Of a stretch of 36,429 nucleotides of DNA, positions 18,515 through 26,603 are shown piece by piece; the stretch's first letter is position 1; every line of letters starts with the position of its first letter. Where the stretch lies: positions 1 to 36,429 of the forward strand of contig JAIVJN010000019.1 in the NCBI GenBank assembly GCA_020200025.1, in the 5' to 3' direction. Both the position numbers and the translations under genes were made by a program. Origin of the DNA: Acidobacteriota bacterium (GTDB lineage Bacteria > Acidobacteriota > Vicinamibacteria > Vicinamibacterales > UBA2999). The notes below the pieces were generated by a model that was not told the origin of the DNA, ran no database searches, and worked only from the letters and a program-made list of their open reading frames with translations.

Positions 18515-19804
18515 GTGAAGTCACTTCGACTGATCCCGCTCGCATTGATGCTGACCACGACGGCGTCGTCGGCGCAGGATCCTTTAGCGCGTGTGGAGCA
18601 GGAAGCGGCGAAGGTGTCGCCCGCGATGATCGAGATCCGGCACCACATTCATCAGAACCCCGAGCTGTCCAACCGCGAGGAAAAGACCGCCGCGCTGATT
18701 GCCGACTACCTCCGAAAGCTCGGACTCCAGGTGCGGACAGGAGTCGCGAGGCATGGTGTGGTGGCGCTCCTCGAGGGTGGCCGTCCTGGCCCGGTGGTGG
18801 CGGTTCGCGCGGACATCGATGCGCTGCCGGTCACCGAGCAGCCCGACCTGCCGTTCGCATCGAAGGTCCGCACGACGTACCTCGGGCAGGAGGTCGGCGT
18901 GATGCACGCCTGCGGGCACGATGTGCACACGGCCGTGCAGCTGGGCGTCGCGACCGTGCTGACCGCGATGAAAGCCGATCTCCCCGGCACGGTAAAGTTC
19001 ATCTTTCAGCCGGCGGAGGAGGGCCCGCCGCCCGGTGAAGCGGGTGGCGCGTCTCTCATGGTCAAGGAAGGTGTGCTCGAGAACCCACGCCCGCAGGCCA
19101 TCTTCGGCCTCCATGCGTTCTCGGAAATGGCGGTCGGGGAGATCGGCTACTCGGAAGGGCCGGCGCTATCGGCCGCTGATACATGGGAGGTCAAGATCGT
19201 CGGCCGGCAGTCGCACGGCGCCAGGCCGGAGTTGTCGATCGATCCGATCGTGACCGCCGCCGAATTCATCCAGGCTCTACAGACGATTCGATCGCGGAGC
19301 TTCTCTGGCCATGAGCCGGGCGTCGTGACGATTGGGACCGTGCACGGCGGGCAGCGGCATAACATCATTCCCGCTGACGTGACGCTGACCGGCACCATCC
19401 GGACGTTCCGCCCGGAGATGAGTGTGCTGGCCGAGGCGCGTTTGCGGGCGATCCTCAAGGGCGTCACCGAAGCGGGAGGGGCCACAGGGGAAGTCGTGCG
19501 GTACGAACGCGGCGCCCCCGCGACCATCAATCACACGGAACTGACCCGCCGGGTGGTCCCGTCTCTCGAACGTGCGGTCGGTAAACAGCACGTCACACGC
19601 GTTCCGCCGGCGATGGGCTCGGAGGATTTCTCGTTCTTCGCCAACGAAGTGCCCGGCTTCTTCTATCGGCTGGGCCAGGTAAAGCCCGGCACCACGTCCG
19701 GCGATCACCACACGCCGACATTTCTTGCCGACGACGGATCGATCCCTGTCGGGATCAAGGCGATGAGCGTCTTGATCCTGGACTACCTGTCTCGACCTCG
19801 ATAG
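18515..19804 (+). CDS. M20D-family amidohydrolase (aminoacylase/hippurate hydrolase-like), secreted
   Basis: GTG start after GAAAGAGG, a signal peptide, IRHHIHQNPELSNREEKT, VRADIDALPV, MHACGHDVHTA and GSEDFSFF. Confidence 0.85.
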   Translation: MKSLRLIPLALMLTTTASSAQDPLARVEQEAAKVSPAMIEIRHHIHQNPELSNREEKTAALIADYLRKLGLQVRTGVARHGVVALLEGGRPGPVVAVRADIDALPVTEQPDLPFASKVRTTYLGQEVGVMHACGHDVHTAVQLGVATVLTAMKADLPGTVKFIFQPAEEGPPPGEAGGASLMVKEGVLENPRPQAIFGLHAFSEMAVGEIGYSEGPALSAADTWEVKIVGRQSHGARPELSIDPIVTAAEFIQALQTIRSRSFSGHEPGVVTIGTVHGGQRHNIIPADVTLTGTIRTFRPEMSVLAEARLRAILKGVTEAGGATGEVVRYERGAPATINHTELTRRVVPSLERAVGKQHVTRVPPAMGSEDFSFFANEVPGFFYRLGQVKPGTTSGDHHTPTFLADDGSIPVGIKAMSVLILDYLSRPR

Positions 19805-19827
19805 CCGAATCGTAAGAGGAGGTTGAC

Positions 19828-19957
19828 ATGTCGCTGCAAGGCCAGCTCGCACTCATCACCGGAAGCTCGCGCGGGATCGGTAGAGGGATTGCGCTGAAGC
19901 TGGCCGAAAATGGCGTCAAAGTAGCCGTCCACTACTACCAGAATGAGCAGGCAGGTT
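19828..19957 (+). CDS. SDR-family oxidoreductase (FabL-like enoyl-ACP reductase family), N-terminal segment
   Basis: MSLQGQLALITGSSRGIGRGIALKLAENGVKVAVHYYQNEQA carries the Rossmann TGxxxGxG motif. The frame then becomes nonsense. Confidence 0.75.
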
Positions 19958-20476
19958 CCCGCTTTCTTTCAGGCGCCGATGGACATCACGCTGGAGCAGT
20001 GGGATGCGGCATTCGATTCCCAGGCCAAGGCCTTCCTCGTGGCCGTGCGCGAGGTCGCAGCGTTGATGGGCGACGGCGGCAGAATCTTCGCTATGACGTA
20101 TGCACCGGGGAGCCGCACGGGCGGACTCCAGCCGTGGGTCGGCATGGGGTCGGCGAAGGCGGCGGTCGAGTCGCTCGTTCGATACTTCGCGGTGGCGCTC
20201 GCCAAACGCGGCATAACCGTGAATGCCATCAGTCCGGGTTGGACGGAAGACAGCGTCCTGAACACCCTGCCGACGCAGGCACAAGATCTCATCAGGAACT
20301 GGCACGTGCGCGGATGGACGCCCATGGGCCGCCTGGGAACGCCGGAAGATATCGGCAATGTCGTGACGCTCCTGTGTTCGGCGCAGGCGGCGTGGATCAC
20401 CGGACAGGTCATTTACGCCGATGGCGGCGCGTCACTGATGAATGCTGAAGTTCCGACTGAAATCCAAGTGGGCTAA
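19943..20476 (+). CDS. SDR-family oxidoreductase, C-terminal segment (other frame; about 50 residues missing between the segments)
   Basis: FFQAPMDITLEQWDAAFDSQAKAFL...GMGSAKAAVESLVRYFAVALAKRGITVNAISPGW...GRLGTPEDIGNVVTLLCSAQAAWITGQVIYADGG. The Ser-Tyr/Lys region is present, but the block from strand beta3 to the NNAG motif is absent. Confidence 0.8.
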   Translation: MSRQVPAFFQAPMDITLEQWDAAFDSQAKAFLVAVREVAALMGDGGRIFAMTYAPGSRTGGLQPWVGMGSAKAAVESLVRYFAVALAKRGITVNAISPGWTEDSVLNTLPTQAQDLIRNWHVRGWTPMGRLGTPEDIGNVVTLLCSAQAAWITGQVIYADGGASLMNAEVPTEIQVG

Positions 20477-20529
20477 GGCCTCAATCGGAACCGTGAAGCG
20501 AAGACGCTCGAATCAAGATCCTGGACGAT

Positions 20530-20742
20530 GTGCCTGGCGATGGACAGGTGGTCGAGCGTCACCGCTTCTATCGCCTTCGGGTGCGTGTGTGGTTGTCCGA
20601 AGGGGCGCCCATTCGGTGGCAGACACCGTGGGGCCTGATCGACCGCGCGGTCCTGGAAGACGAAGGCACGACGCTGGTGACCGACGCGCGACTGGACCGG
20701 AACTCCCTCGTCAGTGGACTGCTCTATGACTCAGCGCTCTGA
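20530..20742 (+). CDS. Hypothetical protein fragment (start and end unresolved)
   Basis: In-frame RIKILDDVPGDGQVVERHRFYRLRVRVWLSEGAPIRWQTPWGLIDRAVLEDEGTTLVTDARLDRNSLVSGLLY looks coding, but it ends abruptly where the cyclase remnant begins. Confidence 0.35.
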   Translation: MPGDGQVVERHRFYRLRVRVWLSEGAPIRWQTPWGLIDRAVLEDEGTTLVTDARLDRNSLVSGLLYDSAL

Positions 20743-21020
20743 ACAAGGAACATCCCGAGCACCCGCTCGAGATCAGGGTCGGTGTGAATTCCGGTCCGGT
20801 GACGGCCGGCGATGTCGGATCACCAAGACGGCGCGAGTACACGGTGCTTGGGGATACGGTGAACACCTGCGCACGGCTGCAGTCGTCTGTGTGCAAGCCG
20901 GGTCAGATTGTCGTGTCGCGCGCAACTTATGAGCGCGTCCGCGACGTCGTGGAGGCGTCACCGCTCGGGTCCTTCAAGGTCAAAGGCCGCCAGAAGCCCG
21001 TCGAAGTCTTCGCGGTCTGA
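20730..21020 (+). pseudogene. Class III adenylate/guanylate cyclase catalytic domain, C-terminal half only
   Basis: LEIRVGVNSGPVTAGDVGSPRRREYTVLGDTVNTCARLQS...GQIVVSRATYERV...FKVKGRQKPVEVFAV. The N-terminal half with the metal-binding Asp residues is absent, and an in-frame stop lies at 20727. Confidence 0.75.
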
Positions 21021-21021
21021 C

Positions 21022-21585
21022 ATGAATCACTACGTCGCGTTCATGCGTGCGATCAACGTGGCCGGCCACGCCAGCGTGAGAATCAGCGACGTCCGGGACG
21101 CATTCGCTGCGGCTGGTCGCCGAACGGTCCGAACCTACATCCAGAGCGGCAACGTGATCTTCGAATCTCCCGCCCGGGAGGCGGCAGCCATTCTCCGAAG
21201 GGCTCAGCGGACGCTCCGCCACAGGCTCGACAATGAGCCAGAGATCGTGTGGCGAAGCCTGCGCGACATCGAGGCGTTGGTCAGGCGGGCGCCGTTCAGG
21301 AATGTCGAAGCCGGCCCGGCCGTCAAGCTATACGTCACGTTCCTGTCCCGGATGCCTCGGAGCATGCCGAAGTTCCCGTTGGTCTCGCTGACGGAGCGCC
21401 TGGAGGCCATTGCGATGCACGGGCGAGAGGTGTTCGTGGTGAGCCGTCCGAAGAATAATGGGTCCTTCGGCTTTCCGAACAATTTCATCGAGAAAGAGCT
21501 TGGGATCTCGGCCACCACGCGAAACTGGTCGACCCTGGCGAAGATCGCCGAGTTCGCGCAAACTGAAGCCAACGCCGCCCGCTGA
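21022..21585 (+). CDS. DUF1697 family protein
   Basis: MNHYVAFMRAINVAGHASVRISDVRDAFAAAGRRTVRTYIQSGNVIFES matches the DUF1697 signature (LLRGINVGG...TYIQSGNVVF). Confidence 0.85.
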   Translation: MNHYVAFMRAINVAGHASVRISDVRDAFAAAGRRTVRTYIQSGNVIFESPAREAAAILRRAQRTLRHRLDNEPEIVWRSLRDIEALVRRAPFRNVEAGPAVKLYVTFLSRMPRSMPKFPLVSLTERLEAIAMHGREVFVVSRPKNNGSFGFPNNFIEKELGISATTRNWSTLAKIAEFAQTEANAAR

Positions 21586-21609
21586 GCGGCAGGAATCGAG
21601 GCGCTCCGC

Positions 21610-21795
21610 ATGCCATTCAAGAGCCAGGCACAGCGCAGGAAGTTCGCGGCACTTCTGGTCGAGGGCAAAATCTCGGATCAGACATTCGAAGAGTGGAATC
21701 GGGAGACCGGAAGCGCGAAGCTGCCCGAACGCGTCAAGCCCAAAGCCAAGTCGACGTCCAAGCCGAAAGCCGGGTCCAGGCGGAAGGCGAAATGA
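21610..21795 (+). CDS. Small basic hypothetical protein
   Basis: 61 aa: MPFKSQAQRRKFAALLVEGKISDQTFEEWNRETGSAKLPERV plus a Lys-rich tail. ATGA overlap with the next gene. Confidence 0.6.
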   Translation: MPFKSQAQRRKFAALLVEGKISDQTFEEWNRETGSAKLPERVKPKAKSTSKPKAGSRRKAK

Positions 21796-22313
21796 AACGA
21801 CTTCTTCTATGGTCCTCCGCGCTGCTGTGGCTTGTGCCCACTGCCTGTGGCGGCCAAGCATCGCCAACGCAGCCGTCCGCAGCTGCAGCGCCTTCGGCGA
21901 GCGTGGTGGCCCTCGAGGGGGAAGCCGGAACCGGTGACGGAAGGATCGTCGAGCGCTCTCGGGCCTCGGGCGGACGGACAATCCACCTTGGCCCCGGTGA
22001 GCGCCGCCGCTGGACGTTTGCGGTCGGTGCCGCCGCGGCACACTACGCAGTATCGGTGACGTACTCAAACGGCAAGGAAGGGGAGAACGAAGTCATCAGC
22101 ATGAGAGTCGATGGGGTGTCCCTCAGCTCATTTCTGAATCGCGACTCGGGCGACAGCACCGAAGGCTGGAATGTCTTCGTGACGGATCCTGCAGGGACGT
22201 CGGCATTGCGCTCAGGGAGCCACACCATCGTTCTCGAGGTCAGCGGGGGAGACGGATGCGTGGAGATTGACCTGGTGACATTGACCCCCCCTGCGGCCGG
22301 CTTGGTGCCATGA
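21792..22313 (+). CDS. Putative lipoprotein with a carbohydrate-binding-module-like beta-sandwich
   Basis: MKRLLLWSSALLWLVPTAC (lipobox-like). LEGEAGTGDGRIVERSRASGGRTIHLG...YAVSVTYSNG...GSHTIVLEV resembles CBM6/35-type modules. Confidence 0.6.
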   Translation: MKRLLLWSSALLWLVPTACGGQASPTQPSAAAAPSASVVALEGEAGTGDGRIVERSRASGGRTIHLGPGERRRWTFAVGAAAAHYAVSVTYSNGKEGENEVISMRVDGVSLSSFLNRDSGDSTEGWNVFVTDPAGTSALRSGSHTIVLEVSGGDGCVEIDLVTLTPPAAGLVP

Positions 22314-23128
22314 CCCACGCGACCGATCGCTGCCGGGTGTTCCGCCAGCTCCACGCTTCTGGTTGCTTCGTGATCCCCAACCCGTGGGACGTCGGGAGTG
22401 CGCGCGTGCTTGCGCGACTGGGCTTTCCAGCGCTGGCCACGACCAGCTCCGGGTTCGCGTGGTCGCTGGGGCGTCCCGACAACCGGGTCACATTAGATGA
22501 GGCCGTGACGCACTTTCGGTCAGTCGCCGGGAGCGTCAACGTACCGGTCAACGCGGACTTCGAAAGCGGCTTTGCAACCGAGCCGGCGGCGGTCCGCGCC
22601 CACGTCACGATCGCAACCGACACCGGGATCGCCGGACTCTCGATCGAAGATTCCACGGGCGATGCCTCGAACCCGCTGTTGGACTTCACGCTCGCGGTCG
22701 AGCGAATCCGGGCGGCGCGGCGAGCGATCGACGACAGTGAAACGGGCATTCTTCTCACCGGGCGATCTGAAGGCTTCATTGTCGGACGTCCGGATCTTGT
22801 GGAAACGATTCGCCGGCTCACTGCCTACGCCGAAGCCGGGGCCGATTGTCTGTACGCGCCCGGCATTCGCGCGGCCCAGGACATCGCGGCGGTGGTCGGG
22901 GCGGTTGCCCCCAAACCTGTGAACGCACTGGTCGGGAGCGACTTCACCACGGTTGCGGAGCTTGCTGCCCTGGGGGTGCGACGGATCAGTGTTGGCGGCG
23001 CGCTGGCTCGCGCGGCGTGGACCGGTTTCCTCCAGGCTGCGACCGAAATCGCGGAGCGGGGCACGTTCACGAGTCTTGGCCTCGCCGCTCCGTTTGCCGA
23101 CGTCAACCGGCTGTTCGACTCGGAGTAA
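22310..23128 (+). CDS. Isocitrate lyase / PEP mutase superfamily enzyme
   Basis: FRQLHASGCFVIPNPWDVGSARVLARLGFPALATTSSGFAWSLGRPD, VNADFESGF, GLSIEDS. 272 aa. ATGA overlap with the upstream gene. Confidence 0.85.
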   Translation: MTHATDRCRVFRQLHASGCFVIPNPWDVGSARVLARLGFPALATTSSGFAWSLGRPDNRVTLDEAVTHFRSVAGSVNVPVNADFESGFATEPAAVRAHVTIATDTGIAGLSIEDSTGDASNPLLDFTLAVERIRAARRAIDDSETGILLTGRSEGFIVGRPDLVETIRRLTAYAEAGADCLYAPGIRAAQDIAAVVGAVAPKPVNALVGSDFTTVAELAALGVRRISVGGALARAAWTGFLQAATEIAERGTFTSLGLAAPFADVNRLFDSE

Positions 23129-23191
23129 CCCACGTTGTCCGTACCCGCTCCTGTACGCTGAGTCCCAAATGCGTCTAACGAACGGTGTGTG

Positions 23192-23644
23192 ATGGCCAAG
23201 ACCGGCGAGACCGAGTTGCCGTTGCGAATAGCTGTCGTCGATCCTCCGGCTGGTGTTCGATTTCGGCTGCAGCGCGGTGCGCGGGAACTGGAGCCGGCGG
23301 TGCGGACGACGTCAACGGCGCTCACGTTCGAGTTCGTCGTCCGGGTGGGAAAGCGGCCTGACGGCAAGCCCAACTTCCTCGGGCCATTCGCCCAAGGCCC
23401 CCCCGCCGGCCGCTTCGTTTATGTCAACTCCGGCACCCATGCCGGCCAATCCGGATCATGTTGGACGCGGAGAGCAAAGATTCCGCTCACCGACATTACC
23501 TGGGCATTGATAGACGAGGCGCGCGCGAAATCCGGCGCGCTCGAGACGGCGATCGCGGGAACGGGACGTGATGGCGGCCCCACATGCGGGACCGTCCGAC
23601 GCAGCGCCGGATGGCGCGTGGTCGGTCCGGCGACGCGCTCCTGA
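23192..23644 (+). CDS. DUF5990-like protein
   Basis: GPFAQGPPAGRFVYVNSG...RRAKIPL matches my recollection of the DUF5990 core (GPYVQG.PG.RFVYL.WG...RRAKL.L). GTG 23189 is an alternative start. Confidence 0.55.
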   Translation: MAKTGETELPLRIAVVDPPAGVRFRLQRGARELEPAVRTTSTALTFEFVVRVGKRPDGKPNFLGPFAQGPPAGRFVYVNSGTHAGQSGSCWTRRAKIPLTDITWALIDEARAKSGALETAIAGTGRDGGPTCGTVRRSAGWRVVGPATRS

Positions 23645-23665
23645 CCGCGCGGTAAGGAGGATCGT

Positions 23666-24391
23666 ATGGCCCGCTCGATTCGCCGTCAGCTCCGTTTCCT
23701 GCACGCTTACGTCGCCGTGTCCCTTCTGATGTTTGCGTTTCTCGCGGTCTCCGCATTCACCCAACCGACCAAGCCGGAGAACCTCGGCGAAATCACCGCC
23801 GAGCGCATCAACATCGTGGACGCGAATGGGACATTGAGACTGGTGATCTCCAACAAGGACCGGATGCATCCCGGCGTCATCGGCGGAAAAGTCCTGCAGC
23901 GGCCTCGGCCGTACGCAGGGCTCCTCTTCTTCAATGATCAAGGTGACGAAGCGGGCGGTCTGATCCTCAGAGGGCGGGAGCAGAACAGTACGCGTGCCGC
24001 GGATGCGGGAATCATGTTCGACCAATTGGGGCAGGACCAGACGATTGGATTCGACTACACGGAGGAAAGCGGGAGTCGAGCCGCAGCCTTCAAAGTGTGG
24101 GACCGGCCGGACGTTCCGTTGAGCGAGCTCGTCGAGAAGCTGAACGCCGCGAACGCCATTCAAGACCAGACCGAACGCGCCGCCGCGGTCGCACAGGTGC
24201 GCGCCACCGCCCCGAAGCCCGCCCAGCGCGTCTTCGTCGGCAAGGGCCGTGATCGTGTGGCCAGCGTGATGCTGTCCGACGCACAGGGGCGCCACCGGCT
24301 GGTTCTCAAGGTCGATGCTGACGGCAACGCGAGCATGGAGTTCCTGGACGGAGACGGCAAGGTCGTACACAGGGTCGCGCCGGGACGGTAG
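23666..24391 (+). CDS. Hypothetical membrane-anchored or secreted protein
   Basis: AAGGAGG RBS, an N-terminal hydrophobic anchor (YVAVSLLMFAFLAVSAF), and coding-like composition. No recognisable domain. Confidence 0.6.
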   Translation: MARSIRRQLRFLHAYVAVSLLMFAFLAVSAFTQPTKPENLGEITAERINIVDANGTLRLVISNKDRMHPGVIGGKVLQRPRPYAGLLFFNDQGDEAGGLILRGREQNSTRAADAGIMFDQLGQDQTIGFDYTEESGSRAAAFKVWDRPDVPLSELVEKLNAANAIQDQTERAAAVAQVRATAPKPAQRVFVGKGRDRVASVMLSDAQGRHRLVLKVDADGNASMEFLDGDGKVVHRVAPGR

Positions 24392-24522
24392 CGTTCGTGA
24401 TCTGCATTTCCGGCACAATCATCGCTGAGCAGAAAGAGCAGTTATGCTGGACCACGCAGGCGAGCTCGCGGCGGTGTGGCTAGGCGCCTGGAGGTTTCTG
24501 CTGAGCCCCGCCATCGGGTCGC

Positions 24523-25074
24523 GTGCATTTGTATGTCGGAATCAGTCTTGACGGCTACATTGCGGCGCCTGACGGTGGAGTGGAATGGCTCAATCCGTAC
24601 TCCGACGCTCGGTCGGGCTTCGCGCCGTTCATCAAGACCATCGGCTCGCTCATCATGGGCCGCGTCACGTACGATCACGCCGTGGCGCGCGGCTACAGCA
24701 ACTTCGGAAAGATGCCGTCGTACGTCGTGACGCACCGGCCGTTCACGGCGCCATCACGGTCGGTGATCCCGTTCATCGGCGATCCGACCGAGCTGGTCCA
24801 ACAGATCCGGGCACGTCATCCGGGCGACATCTGGCTCATGGGCGGTGGCGGCGTGACGAAGTCGTTCCAGGAAGCTGACCTCATCGACATCTGGTCGGTC
24901 GCGTTCGTGCCCACGCTTCTGGGGGCTGGACTCCCCATGTTTCCACCGGCTGCCTTTCACGAGCGTCGTCTTAGGCTCGCGCGGACGCACACCTATCCAA
25001 GTGGCGTCATCGAGTTGCGCTATGAGCGACTCGAAGACGCATCCGCTGGCATGAAGGCTGCCGCGAAGCGATGA
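24523..25074 (+). CDS. Dihydrofolate reductase-family (RibD C-terminal domain) protein
   Basis: MHLYVGISLDGYIAAPDGGVEWL...LIMGRVTY...IWLMGGGGV...FVPTLLGAGLPMF. Confidence 0.8.
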   Translation: MHLYVGISLDGYIAAPDGGVEWLNPYSDARSGFAPFIKTIGSLIMGRVTYDHAVARGYSNFGKMPSYVVTHRPFTAPSRSVIPFIGDPTELVQQIRARHPGDIWLMGGGGVTKSFQEADLIDIWSVAFVPTLLGAGLPMFPPAAFHERRLRLARTHTYPSGVIELRYERLEDASAGMKAAAKR

Positions 25075-25132
25075 TTACCACACGTGACGTGAGCCGGCAG
25101 GCGACGTTTGAAGACGACGCGGACGAAGCGTC

Positions 25133-25492
25133 ATGATCCTGCTCGCTGTCGTCATCCTGTTCCCCGCGGTGATAGCGGTCTTGTACTGGCATTTGCGCAG
25201 GCAACCGGATCGACGCAGCCTGTGGCGCACGACCCTCTGGATCGGCGCGGTGGGCGTTACGCGCGCGGTTCTCGCGTCGCTAGGCTGGTACGTCGTCGAA
25301 CACACCGGTGGCCTGCTCCAGATTCCAGCCTTCGCGTTTGCGATGTTTGCGTGGCCGGAAGCGGCGGTCTTCACGACAAGGCGTCTGACGCCGGCGCCCC
25401 CGGAGTTTTACGTCTGGCTGTCGTTTGTGCTGGTCGTTGGTACGCTGACGCTTGTCGGCCTGGTGGCTCTCGTAGCCGGAAGGGATCGGTGA
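25133..25492 (+). CDS. Hypothetical integral membrane protein
   Basis: 119 aa with 3-4 predicted TM helices (MILLAVVILFPAVIAVLYW..., FYVWLSFVLVVGTLTLVGLVALV). Confidence 0.55.
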   Translation: MILLAVVILFPAVIAVLYWHLRRQPDRRSLWRTTLWIGAVGVTRAVLASLGWYVVEHTGGLLQIPAFAFAMFAWPEAAVFTTRRLTPAPPEFYVWLSFVLVVGTLTLVGLVALVAGRDR

Positions 25493-25497
25493 ATGCG

Positions 25498-25980
25498 ATG
25501 CGAATCGTTGCAGTTACGGCCGTGATCTCACTTGTATGGGCAGGTGCGGGGTTCGCTCAGACGCCCGCTACGAGTAGCGGGGATGATGCAGCCATCCGGC
25601 GTGTCCTGCAGCAGCAGGATGACGCACGGAACCGCGGCGACTGGAAAGCGCTGGGGGAGCTCTTTACCAGCGATGCGGAGCAGTTCACCTCTGCAGGCCA
25701 GTGGCGCCGGGGGCGCGCCGACATCGAGAAGGGCGTTGCGGAGACCATGACAACGACCTACAAGGGCGGGAAGTACGCGACCAAGGTGGAGACAGTGCGG
25801 ATGTTGACACCGACCGTCGCGATTGCCGACGGGCCGTTCGAGATCTCAGGTATCGCCGGCGGGTCGGGGACCCGGCGCGGACACACGACGTATGCTCTGG
25901 TGAAGTCAGGGGATCGGTGGCAGATTGCGGCGTCTCGATCGATGGTCCCGACAGCCGTCGGCCCGACGCCGCCTCGGTGA
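25498..25980 (+). CDS. SgcJ/EcaC (DUF4440, NTF2-like) family protein, secreted
   Basis: Signal peptide MRIVAVTAVISLVWAGAGFAQ. DDAAIRRVLQQQDDARNRGDWKALGELFTSDAE...GRADIEK...GDRWQIAASRS. GTG 25489 is an alternative start. Confidence 0.75.
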   Translation: MRIVAVTAVISLVWAGAGFAQTPATSSGDDAAIRRVLQQQDDARNRGDWKALGELFTSDAEQFTSAGQWRRGRADIEKGVAETMTTTYKGGKYATKVETVRMLTPTVAIADGPFEISGIAGGSGTRRGHTTYALVKSGDRWQIAASRSMVPTAVGPTPPR

Positions 25981-26035
25981 GAAGCTGTAGAAGCCGAAAC
26001 GACAGTGCACTGTCTGCACAACAAGGAGGCAGGCC

Positions 26036-26467
26036 ATGGCAGTGACCGTGAAAGAAATTACATTGTGGCGGCGCGAGATCGACAATCGGCCCGGAATGCT
26101 GTCGCAGGTGCTGGAACCGCTGGCCGGAAGCGCCGCCGATCTCCAGGTGGTGATGGCGTACCGCTATCCGGGCGACGAAACCAGAGGCGCAGTCGAATTG
26201 TTCCCTGTCTCCGGGAAGAAAGTCACCGCCGCTGCGCAGGCGGCTGGCCTGTCGCCGGCGGGCATACCGGCGCTGCTGATCGAGGGTCCCAACCAGGCGG
26301 GCGTCGGTTTCGACACGACGAAGGCGATTGCCGCTGCCGGCATCAACCTCGCGTTTCTCGTGGCGCAGGTCATTGGTTCGAAGTTTTCTTCCGTCTACGG
26401 CTTTGACAGCGAGGCCGATCGCCAGAAGGCGGTAAGCGTTTTGAAGAAGCGTGCAAGCAAAATCTGA
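26036..26467 (+). CDS. ACT-domain (amino-acid-binding) protein, two ACT-like halves
   Basis: ITLWRREIDNRPGMLSQVLEPLAGSAADLQVV and LLIEGPNQAGVGFDTTKAIAAAGINLAFLVAQ follow the bab-fold ACT pattern. GGAGG RBS. Confidence 0.55.
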   Translation: MAVTVKEITLWRREIDNRPGMLSQVLEPLAGSAADLQVVMAYRYPGDETRGAVELFPVSGKKVTAAAQAAGLSPAGIPALLIEGPNQAGVGFDTTKAIAAAGINLAFLVAQVIGSKFSSVYGFDSEADRQKAVSVLKKRASKI

Positions 26468-26603
26468 TGCTCATCTTCTTTCACGGCGCGCCTTCGCTGG
26501 CGGACTTCGCCAGCGTCGGAGCACTGACGATTGTCGTCATCGCGCTACTCCCATGGGCCGACAGCCTAGGCGCTCGTGAGCCCGGCGGCAGCACTGACTG
26601 CGC

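Noticed and set aside
22310-23128. The PEP-mutase-family gene as a marker of a phosphonate biosynthetic cluster.
   Set aside because: No phosphonopyruvate decarboxylase or other phosphonate genes are adjacent. The sequence looks like the broad ICL/methylisocitrate-lyase-like branch.
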